Program-made: the position numbers and the translations under genes
Notes under the pieces: generated by a model
Told to the model about the DNA's origin: nothing
What the model saw: the letters and a program-made list of their open reading frames with translations, nothing else
The model's database searches: none
In this document: piece after piece, positions 42,369-52,669 of the stretch
How the letters are laid out: each line of letters starts with the position of its first letter
Position numbering within the stretch: the first letter of the stretch is position 1
NCBI GenBank assembly: GCA_964016885.1
Contig: OZ024740.1
Span: 278,380,001-278,444,000 of the forward strand
Source of the DNA: Eledone cirrhosa
Taxonomy: Eukaryota
Direction of reading: 5' to 3'
DNA: 64,000 nucleotides

Positions 42369-42384
42369 TAATAATAATAATAAT

Positions 42385-42630
42385 GAACTGCCATGAAGTC
42401 AAAGTGGTTCCGATTGTCATAGGCGCACTAGGTACTATCTCAAAAAGTTTCCAGGGATGGTTAAAGAAAATTGGCCCCTTCACGCTTTTTTGGAACGCTT
42501 CAAAAGGCATGCTTGCTGGGAACAGCAAGAACCCTCCGATACGTCCTGAATATCTGAGGCTGCAGGTAGTGGCTTGATATTCATTTCAACAAACTTTCCA
42601 GTTAACTAACATCAATAACTGAGACTCAAA

Positions 42631-42631
<1 letters not shown>
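42385..42631 (+). mobile_element. R4/Dong-like non-LTR retrotransposon 3' fragment ending in (TAA)n
   Basis: VKVVPIVIGALGTISK...LQKACLLGTARTLRYVL resembles the C-terminus of the restriction-like endonuclease in R4-clade elements. Confidence 0.8.
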
Positions 42632-42674
<43 letters not shown>

Positions 42675-42916
42675 TTTTCTTTATTAACCACAAGGGTTCA
42701 CATAAAGTAGACATTAAGGACAGTACAGGACAATACAGGACGGTACAAATGGGCATTTCTGCGTGTAAAAAAACAGAGGTTGAAATAAAATAACAAAGAA
42801 AAATTCCCCAATAGGGGGGAGACTTCCAAGGGACATTTGTGGAGAAAGCCCATTAAAAGACCACAGTGGCCCTGACCACCAGGGCAAGTGCCCTCTCCCA
42901 GTTTTCCACCTTTAAT

Positions 42917-45900
42917 TTACAGACACATACTCAGAGAAGGCCCATTCATTCGGGCCATACTTGCTTCTCTCACCCATCTTTCAACAAAATGCTGGGAAGA
43001 GAGCACTTCCCTCTCTACCCTGATTTTCCTTTTCAAATGAAATTTGAAAAAGTTAATCAGGGCATCACCGAAGAGGTAAGTGCTCGTCTTCAGCCCTTTC
43101 AAACGTGTCCACCATACTATCTCTTTCGCCATGGCCACCAGACAGATAAAAACTGCCTGCCCTTCCAGGCTAAAGGAAGGGGGCGGGGCAATCCTCACGA
43201 TGGACTCAGCTGATAGCTGGATCCGTCCTACACGTGACAGCAGGTGTTCGACATAAACCCACAAGTCAGCAATGCTCGGACACTGGACGAGTGCGTGCAG
43301 GACGGTTTCGTCGCCCTGCGCGCATCTCGGACATGCCCGACTGACGGCACCTCCATGCCTGTAGAGTTTATCCCGAACTGGCAAAGCTCCTCGGTAGCAC
43401 TGCCAGGCCAGGGATTTCTGGAAGTTGTCCATAGGCCCCGGCCCGAAAGTCCTTCCGAAGAGATTGGCTAGTTGATTTTCGTCGACGCCTAGAGTTTCTC
43501 CAAGTACGTCGTCGCTCTTCCCCTCCACTAATCCCCTATAGAACGCCAAGGTGGAGTTTCCACCGATCACATTGCCCGATTGGTCGAGGGCTGTGAGCGC
43601 CTGAAGACATTCCAGTCTCCAAGCGCTCCCTCTCGGTCTTCGCTTGACCCAGGACTGCAGCTCCGTCAAGGAGACGAGCTGGGGAAAAACGTGTCTTGCA
43701 AACGGCGACCACACCTGATCACCGTCGAGGAAGAGGTGGAGATGTCGTAGCCTGAGCGCGTGTCTGCGCATCATCAGCCACGGCATGCCCAGCCCTCCAC
43801 GTAGCGGGTGTTGACAGCAGATGGACCGCCTGACCATCGGAGCGCGTCCCTTCCACAAGAAGCGAAAGAGCAAACGCTCCAGCGCAGTCAGGCGAGGCTT
43901 AGGACAAGGTACGACGGTCAGGCGGTAGCAGATAACAGACGCGATGTACGCGTTAGCCACCTCCGCTCGACCTTTCAGGGATAGCTTCCTCTCCGCCCAT
44001 TTCTGGGTGAGAGAAGCCACCCTGCTCGTCACCTCGTCCCAGTTTTTGTCCGTCTGGAGGTCCGGACCGAACCAGACCCCTAGCAATTTAACCGGTCCGT
44101 CCGTCCAGCGCCCGACGACGCTGTTGGACGGCATGGACCTGCCTCTCCAGGTGCCGAGCTGCAGGCCCACTGACTTTTCCTGGTTGATCATTGCTCCTGT
44201 CACCGCTTCGTATTCTCTTAGTGTAGTGCCGATCGCCTCGATGTGTTTGGCGTTCGACACCACTACGGTGACATCGTCCGCATATGCTGACACGGACCTT
44301 CCGCATCCTAGTTCGCGCGGGACTCCCCTCAACGTCTCCAGTTTGTGCAGTAATGGCTCGAGAGTCAATACGTACAAGAGGGACGAGAGGGGACATCCTT
44401 GGCGGACCGAGCGCATGATGTTGAACGGTTCCGACAGGTGACCGTTCACTCTCACCACAGAGCAGATCTCGCTGTGCATGGCAGCGATCCAGTCTCTGAA
44501 GACGGGACCAAAGCCAGCCGCCCTCAGGACGGCCGCTAGGTAACGATGGTCGACCCTATCGAAAGCTTTCGACTGATCTAAATTGATCAAGGACCCACCC
44601 GTGTCAGGTTCCTTAGCTACCCTCTCTATGATGTATCGCATGAGGTGGAGGTTGTCGTGGATGGATCTGTCGGGAATGGCGCATGTCTGCGCCTCTCCCA
44701 CCAGACCACCAACGACAAGCGCCAACCTCTTTGCTAGCACCTTGGCCAAAATCTTGAACTCTGTGTTTAGCAGAGTTATGGGCCGGAAATTGTCTATGTT
44801 ATCCCCCTTGTTCGGATCCTTTCTCAGCAGTGCCACCGCTCCTCGGCTCACAGAACTGGGAATTCTCCCGTTCTGTTGCCAGTTGCAGTAGACGTCCGCC
44901 AAGAGGCCTCCGAACAAGTCTGGCATCTGTACGTAAAGTTCATAGGGCAGACCATCCAAACCAGGCGATTTACCCCTTGTGCAGCCAGTCATTGCCTCCC
45001 TTACTTCAGCGGCTGTTATCGGCTTTTCGCAACACTTCGCCTCAGTGGCCGAGAGCCGCGGCAGTCCGTCGAGGTAGACACTAAAGTCCATCCCTCTACC
45101 CGGCCCACCGCTGCCCCCGAACAGCTGAGCGAAGTGTCGCTGAAAAGCTTCACACATTTGCCCGGGATCGAGTAGCATGCACCCGTCGTTGTCCACCAAA
45201 GACCGGATCGTGGCTTTGTTGCCACGACGCGCCTCCGCCACTCGGGCCCATTGAACGGCTTTCGTCCCCTCGTGTCTGAGAGCACGCACCCTTGCTCTGA
45301 CAACGCAGCCTTCGTGCTTTGCATTGAAGAATTGGTCAAGGGCCAATTTCGCCGCAAGCACGTCGGTCGCAATGCCTTTGCTAAGCGCCTCGTCTAATTT
45401 TCTAACTAGTTCTCCCTCTGCTCTATTTTTCTCTATTGCTAAAGCCTTACTAAACCTAATCGATTCTATTCTAATCGCTCTTTTCAGAGCAAACCACCAC
45501 TTGTTGTTGACGATGGCCCCCGTCAACGCCCGCTTAACTAGTTCGCTAATCCGGTCTCTGTAGGCCTTGCGCGCTGGTAAGGACGCGTTTAGCTTCCAGT
45601 AGCCGGGTCCTCGTCTATGAAGCCTATCTAAGTCAAGCACACAGATCACGAATTTGTGGTCCGTGTAGCTGACTATCTTGAATTGTGGACAGCCTATGCT
45701 AGACCTATCTATTTCCCTACAAAATACTCTATCTAGATATGATCTGGATGACCCTATGCGATTTGTCCAAGTCCACATTGGCACATTCGGGAAATCCAAT
45801 CGGTACCTGTCAGACAGTTCAAAACGCCTGAGCAGGTTGGTGAGGCTCTTGCACCCTCCACCCCTATCCGCTAATCCCACACAGTCCCAGCGTGCATCTA

Positions 45901-46336
45901 AGATACCGTTCCAGTCGCCCACTAACACTAAAGAACGGGACGTTCCAAGAAAGGTCTCCAGACGCCGGAAGAAATCAGGCCGCCCTGCTCCTGTCGGGGC
46001 ATAGACGGCCACTAGCCTGAAAGCTTGCCCTTCTCCGCTGGTCACGTCCAGCACCACCAGCTTACCCTCTGGGTCCAGGAAGATGGCCCGTATGGCGAGA
46101 TCCAAACCTCTCCGAAAAAGCACAGCAACTCCTCCACCCGATCCAGGACGGCTGGGAGATGCGTACACATCGTAGCCGCCGAAGATCGGTGCGAAGGCCC
46201 GTGCTTCGGAGATTCTGGTCTCGCTGATGGCCACTATATCTATGTTTAGTGACCTGAGGTCGTTGAGCAGGTGACCCTGCTTCCATGACGACCCCAAGCC
46301 ACGCGCATTTATGCTGCCTATTCTGAGTGAGGTCAT
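42917..46336 (-). CDS. Tx1 ORF2: APE endonuclease, reverse transcriptase and C-terminal zinc finger, 1139 aa, intact
   Basis: GSINARGL, ISET, GDWN, YLDR, TDH; GYWKLN; KSPGLDG, FRPITLLN, LDQSKAFD, RQGCPLS, YADD; CPRC..ETVLHALVQC. Confidence 0.96.
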   Translation of the reverse strand: MTSLRIGSINARGLGSSWKQGHLLNDLRSLNIDIVAISETRISEARAFAPIFGGYDVYASPSRPGSGGGVAVLFRRGLDLAIRAIFLDPEGKLVVLDVTSGEGQAFRLVAVYAPTGAGRPDFFRRLETFLGTSRSLVLVGDWNGILDARWDCVGLADRGGGCKSLTNLLRRFELSDRYRLDFPNVPMWTWTNRIGSSRSYLDRVFCREIDRSSIGCPQFKIVSYTDHKFVICVLDLDRLHRRGPGYWKLNASLPARKAYRDRISELVKRALTGAIVNNKWWFALKRAIRIESIRFSKALAIEKNRAEGELVRKLDEALSKGIATDVLAAKLALDQFFNAKHEGCVVRARVRALRHEGTKAVQWARVAEARRGNKATIRSLVDNDGCMLLDPGQMCEAFQRHFAQLFGGSGGPGRGMDFSVYLDGLPRLSATEAKCCEKPITAAEVREAMTGCTRGKSPGLDGLPYELYVQMPDLFGGLLADVYCNWQQNGRIPSSVSRGAVALLRKDPNKGDNIDNFRPITLLNTEFKILAKVLAKRLALVVGGLVGEAQTCAIPDRSIHDNLHLMRYIIERVAKEPDTGGSLINLDQSKAFDRVDHRYLAAVLRAAGFGPVFRDWIAAMHSEICSVVRVNGHLSEPFNIMRSVRQGCPLSSLLYVLTLEPLLHKLETLRGVPRELGCGRSVSAYADDVTVVVSNAKHIEAIGTTLREYEAVTGAMINQEKSVGLQLGTWRGRSMPSNSVVGRWTDGPVKLLGVWFGPDLQTDKNWDEVTSRVASLTQKWAERKLSLKGRAEVANAYIASVICYRLTVVPCPKPRLTALERLLFRFLWKGRAPMVRRSICCQHPLRGGLGMPWLMMRRHALRLRHLHLFLDGDQVWSPFARHVFPQLVSLTELQSWVKRRPRGSAWRLECLQALTALDQSGNVIGGNSTLAFYRGLVEGKSDDVLGETLGVDENQLANLFGRTFGPGPMDNFQKSLAWQCYRGALPVRDKLYRHGGAVSRACPRCAQGDETVLHALVQCPSIADLWVYVEHLLSRVGRIQLSAESIVRIAPPPSFSLEGQAVFICLVAMAKEIVWWTRLKGLKTSTYLFGDALINFFKFHLKRKIRVEREVLSSQHFVERWVREASMARMNGPSLSMCL

Positions 46337-46419
46337 GTTTAAAATAGAGTGGAAAAGATGGGAAAGACTACTTACCGTACTTTTGGTAGAGGAGGGATGG
46401 TTTTTACATCCCTTTTCAC

Positions 46420-48474
46420 TTAATCGTCTGGTGAAGGGACCGTTGAATCGTCCCTTCGGCTGGTCGTCGGCTCTTCTAAGAGAATGTCTGAATATACTCT
46501 TCGATTGATGGTTCCTCCTAGGTCCCTGAAATCACCAACTGCGTTGGGGAATTTCGTTTTAATGTTTGTGTATTGTTTCTGTGCTATTTTTAGCAGTCTT
46601 ATGTTAGTTGGCGTTTTGATTGGTGCTGGTATTATGTTGTCCTGTTGTGAAATGTCTGTGTGTTCAATTATGTAAGTCATTAGTTTCTTGTTGTGTGTAT
46701 TTATTGCCGTGCATTTGTTTTTCTGGGGGTGCGGTGTGGTTCTGCTATTTTCTTGTCGTTGTTGCTGGGTGTGTGTGTTTTGTTGTTGTGTTTGCGATGT
46801 TGGTGCTTGTGGTGGTGGTGTTGAAGGTGTTGTTGGCGGTGGGGTTGTCGCCGGTGGTGATGGTGGTGCTAGTGTGGGTGGTGATGGTGTTGCTGGTGTT
46901 GCTGCTGTGGGTCTCTTTGCAGTAGACTTTACCCTTTTCTTATTTCTTTCCTCCCTTTTCAAAGGCGATGATGCGCTGCTTCTGCGTTTGTGCCTTCTTA
47001 CGACCTTTTGCCATCCCTCTCCCACCTCACACTCCATGTCTGATTCTGTGAGGTCGGGGAGGGGTACCAGCTCCACTCTTTCACTTGTTGTTGTTGGTGA
47101 TGTTTGCACTGGAGTCTCTGTTGCAGCTGCATTTGGTATTGCTGTTGTTGTTGTTAATATTTCCACTGCTGCTGCTGTTTTTGATTTCCGTGGCGTGGGT
47201 ATGGGTGCCACGGACCTATCGTTCCTGGTTGCCGCTTGTCCTGTTGCTGGTAGCCGCGGAGCCGGATTCGGAAGGAGGGGGGTTTTCTCCTTTCTCAGGG
47301 TCTTCTCGTTGCAGAAGGCCCTGAGGTGAGTCTTCGATCCACAGCGAAAGCATTTCGGGCGTTTGCCCTCAACACTTATGGGCAGTTGAGTGCCGTTATC
47401 GAAGTCTATCACATCCGGGATAGCTTCGATGCACTCCTGGTTGGTTTGGATTAGCATCTCAATGGAGGTGCCGACCCAATCTTCTCTTACTTTTTTCTGT
47501 ACTTGCAGTACAGTTGTTTTGTCCTCGATTCCGACGAGGACAGACGCGGCCAGCCAAGAAGGGGCCATTCCGGGGGGGACGTGGGTCAGTTTGACCCTCA
47601 CAATTTTTTGCCCGCAGTAGGAGGGCACCAATACCATTTCCTCGCTCCTTAGGGTCACTACGGATTGGGCCTTTGCCTCCTGGGGTGTGGCAAAAAGTAC
47701 GTCTACGGTGGCATATTTTTTGCCTTGGGTGATGTGCGTTTTCCGCTGCCACACAGACCCCAAGGCTTTTTGTATTTGGGCCTCTGTGGCTCTTTCCACC
47801 CTACGGGATTTTGTACTTACTGTACGGTACGTGACCGTACAGTGCTGTTGGGTTTCGAAAAAATTTTCCGCTGCCTTGCAGATTGCTCAGTGTCCATTCT
47901 TTGTCACCATCTTCTTCGCTTCCTCTAATTCCTCATTTGTTATGAGGATTGTTTCCAAGTTTTTCGCAATACCTGCAAATGAGATTGGTTTTTCTATGCT
48001 GCTGTTGTTGTTGTTGTCGTCAGAGCTGCTGTTACTTTTGTTGTTGCTGCAGGTACTACGACTACTGCCTTCGCCGCTGTTGCTGTGGTTGTTGTTGGTG
48101 TTGCTGCTGCTAATGCTGTTGTTGTTTATGCTGCTGGTGATGCTGTTGCGGCTGCTACTGTTGTTTTCATTGTCACTGTTGCTGTTGTTATTACGGCTGC
48201 TACTGCTATTATTCCTGACGTCAGACGAATGAACTGGGTTTTCGTATTTCCCGCACACCTGTTTCGTCGCTGTCGTCGTCGTCGTGGAGAAACCTTGCAT
48301 GCTTTGCACGAGACTTTTCTTTTCTTTCGTCACTTGCGAAAGAGAAGGGAGGGAGAGAGACACGTTTAAAGAAGGGAGGGAGAGAGACAATCTTCTCTCT
48401 GCTGTAGTGACGATTGAGGAAGAAGAAGACGGAATGAGTGGGAGTGACCTATGCAAATTCTTTTTCGTAGCCAT
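46420..48474 (-). pseudogene. Tx1 ORF1, copy E (premature TGA at 47887 plus a nearby frameshift)
   Basis: MATKK..., SFAGIA, VEGKRPKCFRCGSKTHLRAFC, EGWQKV. Confidence 0.85.
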
Positions 48475-48728
48475 GTTGTTTTTTTTGTTTAAAATAAATA
48501 TTGGGTACAAACCCCCAATAAGCAGTTATTTAACCCCGAAGGGCCAAATAACGGGCAGAAAGACCCCTCTCACGAGGAGGAGGGTGTTTTTGTCTACAAG
48601 TTGGTCTAAGTTTTAAACAATTTACAATTGTTAAAGCGTTCAAAATTTACAGTACCTTACAGAGCCGAGCCTCCGTCAACCATAGCATTCAATAATAATA
48701 ATAATAATAATAATTATAATAATAATAA

Positions 48729-48985
48729 AGGTGGCAGATAACATGAGACAGTTGTTGAGCAAAAGTATGAAGTCCTGGAAAACAGAGTTAACATCAGCTG
48801 GAGAATCCTTGGGAGGCGTGAAGATCAAGAGAGGTATCTTCCAGAAATCCCTGGCCCCTCTGTTGTTTGTCCTTGCCCTGATGCCTCTTACCATTATACT
48901 GCGAAAAGTGAGAGCAGGATTCAAGTTGGGAAAGGGAGAGCTTACCATCAACCACCTCCTCTTCATGGACGATCTTAAGCTCTTC
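48729..48985 (+). mobile_element. R4/Dong-like RT fragment following (AAT)n
   Basis: VKIKRGIFQKSLAPLLF...INHLLFMDDLKLF. Confidence 0.85.
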
Positions 48986-49243
48986 ATATATATGGTGGGT
49001 GGATGGGACTGTAGTCCATTTCACTTAGTTACATAACCTGGACAATTTAAATTCTCGTACAGTTAACTGAATTAACACAGTAGGTGATAACATGATGTTT
49101 AACACATTGCCAGTAGTAAGGTTTTGTCATGTTATACATGTATGGGTTACATAATCAAACAGAAATGAAAATTATTTCTTTTGCAATCCTTTTTTCTGTA
49201 CACTTAATTTACTTCCGTTTCATCGGGTTTCAGCTATATTATT

Positions 49244-49425
49244 GATTGGCAGTATCGGTAGAGGGTCGGACCCCATGCTTTGACGCATAGAGTTACGGCC
49301 CATGTCATTCTGAGTTCAAATCCCGCGGAGGTTAACTTTGCCTTTCATCCTCACGGGGGTCGATAAAATAAAGTACCAGTAATTCACTGAGTAATTGTTG
49401 GCCTTGTGCCAAAAGTAGAAACAAT
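49244..49425 (+). mobile_element. SINE family 1
   Basis: Consensus match. Confidence 0.9.
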
Positions 49426-50971
49426 TTTGTTATGCGATAGGAACGGCATTCTGTAAAATCTCGCTTTATCAACAAATAAATATCTCCAGTATTAACAGTT
49501 TTTTAGTTGATAACAACGTGTTGTAAATTTATACGGTCAATTAGGTTCTACATCACCGACTTTCTTCTTAAAGTATCTTTTAGTTTTGATATCTCAATAC
49601 ATTGTGCGCTACATTCTATGACTGCCCATTTGATATCAAAATTATTCATTTCATCAACATTATTCATTTCATCAACATACATAACTGAATAAGACAGCTG
49701 AATAAGTGTCGCTGAATGCCTATGAGAAATAACTGTTAATACTGAAAACATTTTTAGACAATTGCTTATGCGGTGATAAACTAAAAGTAATGGAAAAGTA
49801 GACATTGTAGGGGTGGGGAAAACTGTACTCCATGCATGAAGTAACAGCAATTAATTTTACACCACTGTTACACTGATTTTATCGTTATTGCTTCTCGTTA
49901 TGATTCTATATGGTGTAGGAAGTATTTGGAATAATTTGCTAAATGACAGATAATGGATATATGGGTTAACACAGTATTTTCCAGCTTTTTGTGTTTAAAA
50001 CTTTAAATAAGTATTTGGTTATTTGCAAAATAAAATGGAGCAAAATACACCACTGCATACATACGATGAAAGATAAATAGATAGTAAATGCGTGAAAATA
50101 TGTGTAAAATGAAAAACAGGAAAAGGAATTCTAAAATGTTTATATCTATGTGAAAATAAAAAGATAAAATTAAATATATTCAAAGTTATTATAAATTCTA
50201 TAGAATATCCTTCAAATCTGTCTATAGAATAAAGCCTTTCCTCATTTCATTATTGCAGAAAGCTGGTTGGAGTGCGTATGCATGTGTATGCGTGTGTGTG
50301 TGCGTGTGCACGTCCGTGGATTCGAACATTTATCGTAAAATCACTTCATTTCACTTGGAACTGTTTTTGTCACAAATACACATGAGTTTCTTTAATAAAG
50401 CTGAATATTTTAAAAAATGTATTTATTTAATACACATTCATTTTTCATGCAATTATCAAGCAAACTATCTTTATGGAAATTAAACGAAATATATTGTCTA
50501 GTTGAGCGACGAGATTTGAAATCACGCCATTTCCTGGCGCCTATGAAGAAATGTTTTTGTTTTGTTTTTAAGCAAGACTCTAATCCCTTAACTGTTCTCT
50601 TCCCGACTCAGAAAGAAGGGAAAAAACGAAAAAGAAAGGTAGGAAAGAAATAGAATGAAATGTCTGGAAGAAAACGAATAAGACAAAATGAAGACTGGAA
50701 TAAATGCCTTTGGCAATGCTATGGGTGTATATTATTACAGAATTATCTCTAAAATTCATTTTATATTTCTCCTGTGTGATAAAAAATATATTTAACATCA
50801 AACTATAAATATCAAAAGTTCTCTATCAGTTACCAGGAAACGTAAAATACAAATATTCTATGAATATTTTTATCCTAACGGTGTTATAAATCAATATTAT
50901 TATCACATAGAGCTTATTCTCAGAATTTTTACGTTGCTAGACAAAATGTTTTCACTATTTACTTAGTCATA

Positions 50972-51185
50972 GGGCGGTGGATTGGCAGTATCGGCAGAGG
51001 GTCCGACGCTTTGTAGCATATAGGTACGTCCCTTTACGATCTGAGTTCATATCCCGCCGAGGTTAACTTTGCCTTTCATCCTTACGGGGTCGATAAAATA
51101 AAGTACCAGTAACGTACTGGGGGCGATTTGATCGACTTTCCCCTCCCCTCAAATTGTTGGCCTTGTACCTATAGTAGAAATCGCT
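50972..51185 (+). mobile_element. SINE family 1 (long variant)
   Basis: Consensus match with an extra gcgatttgatcgactttcccctcccc segment. Confidence 0.9.
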
Positions 51186-51444
51186 ATTTACTTACAGTCC
51201 TTAATTTATTCCGAGCACGATAAAATACCCTCCCAGCAAATGCACGGCTTGCCCCTATGTTATAAATAACTTATTTCATGCTGATCGGTATGAGAGGTGG
51301 TCAGAGTCGTTGAGTGATCTAATCCTACCAAGGCAGCGACTTTTCACTCCTGTTTCTGTTAGGTATTTTTATTTGTATTTATTTGTATTTATTTTGTGTA
51401 TTAAGCTTTTTTTTTATTTTCAACCTATCTTAGTATATTGCAAG

Positions 51445-51640
51445 GATCGACTAAACAGTTTATAGGCTGACTATGAAGGAGTGATGCTAGAGCTGTGGAA
51501 TCTTGCATGCATTAATTTCAACACTTCTTATTAGTAAATGCACTGTTTCTTTCCATGGACTATGTTGAAAAATAAACCTCATTTCGTCTTGCCATGAGAG
51601 TATCTTGGTCAGCTTATGAACTTTTCAATTGAACCTCGTA
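51445..51640. mobile_element. Tc1/mariner-type MITE
   Basis: Reverse complement of 60870-61072; ends ...ttttcaattgaacctcgta. Confidence 0.7.
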
Positions 51641-52453
51641 TAAATATTTTGTCAGTAAATGCCAGAATGATTAATGTGTAGAACTAAATAACTTTTAGCA
51701 GTTAGTCTATTTACGTTCTGAGTTCAAACCCTGCTTCTATCAATGTGTCTCGAAGATTCGGTGTTCGATAAAATATGAGCCAGGTATTGTTTTAGGCGGC
51801 GAATTAACAGAGTCGTTAGAACGTCGGATTGAATGCTTTGCGGTATTCGTTTTGGCTTTCTGCTCTCTGAGTTCAAATCCCATCGAGGTAAACTTTGACA
51901 TTCATTCGAGGTCGATGAAAAAAATAGTACCAGTCTAGTACTGGGGTCCATTCTTCCTCTATATCTCTTTCTCACTTCCTCTCTCTTACCTTCTCTGGAA
52001 AAAAAAGCTATTGTAGTTAGGCCTGGTTTAAAATGCCCAAGAAACACGGTATATCAATACGGCACCCCTGCGGCTCCATCAGCGGTTACGGAACTAAAAG
52101 AAATTATATACGATTTCAGTCATTTTTTTTTAATGGTAGAACGTAAGTTAGGAAAGATATGGTTGATATTCCTAGCGGATCGCACGACGACATAGGGGTT
52201 TCGTCATTTCTTTATATTTACACAAGTTTAAAATAAGAGGTCGCTGATATATTAATCAGCTTGAGGATGACATATCTGTAATTGTATGCAGGTTGACAGA
52301 TCCGTGTGTGTAATTCTTTATGTTGTGTCGAATATTTTTACTTATATTTTATGTTTGTATTATGTTCATACAAGCATACATTAATTAAATGTGTTTGTAT
52401 ATGTATGTATCCCTAATAAGATCATAAATATATATATATATGTATGTATATAC

Positions 52454-52500
<47 letters not shown>

Positions 52501-52631
52501 GTGAGGTTTTTTTTACAAATTGAAAAATAACCGAGGTGTCCTACACGAGTGAAAGTATAAATAAAAAGAGATGAAATCGAAAATGCAACTGGAGTCTTAT
52601 TTTTTAAAAAAATATATATATTTATTTGGTT

Positions 52632-52669
52632 CCTTTACCGGTTTCGCAGTTCTTCTGCTTTTCAAAAGG
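52632..52669 (-). ncRNA. Minimal hammerhead ribozyme, U3-A8 core variant
   Basis: Minus strand reads cctt TTGAAAA gcag-aagaa-ctgc GAAA ccgg TA aagg; stems I and II are perfect and stem III is palindromic. Confidence 0.75.

Larger units (their letters stand above)
42632..48690 (-). mobile_element. Tx1 copy E, full length (~6.0 kb), in (ATT)n
   Basis: 5'UTR, ORF1 (disrupted), intact ORF2, 3'UTR; (aat)n at both ends. Confidence 0.97.

Noticed and set aside
28119-47900. All five ORF1s break shortly after the SFA motif, suggesting programmed frameshift or readthrough
   Set aside because: The lesions differ in kind and position (poly-C run, in-frame TAG, TGA plus indel, deletions), and most copies have other breaks, so decay or homopolymer error is simpler
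43244-48369. Plus-strand ORFs overlapping Tx1 copy E (and equivalent ones over A, C, D, G)
   Set aside because: Antisense shadows of GC-rich or low-complexity Tx1 ORFs; no independent motifs
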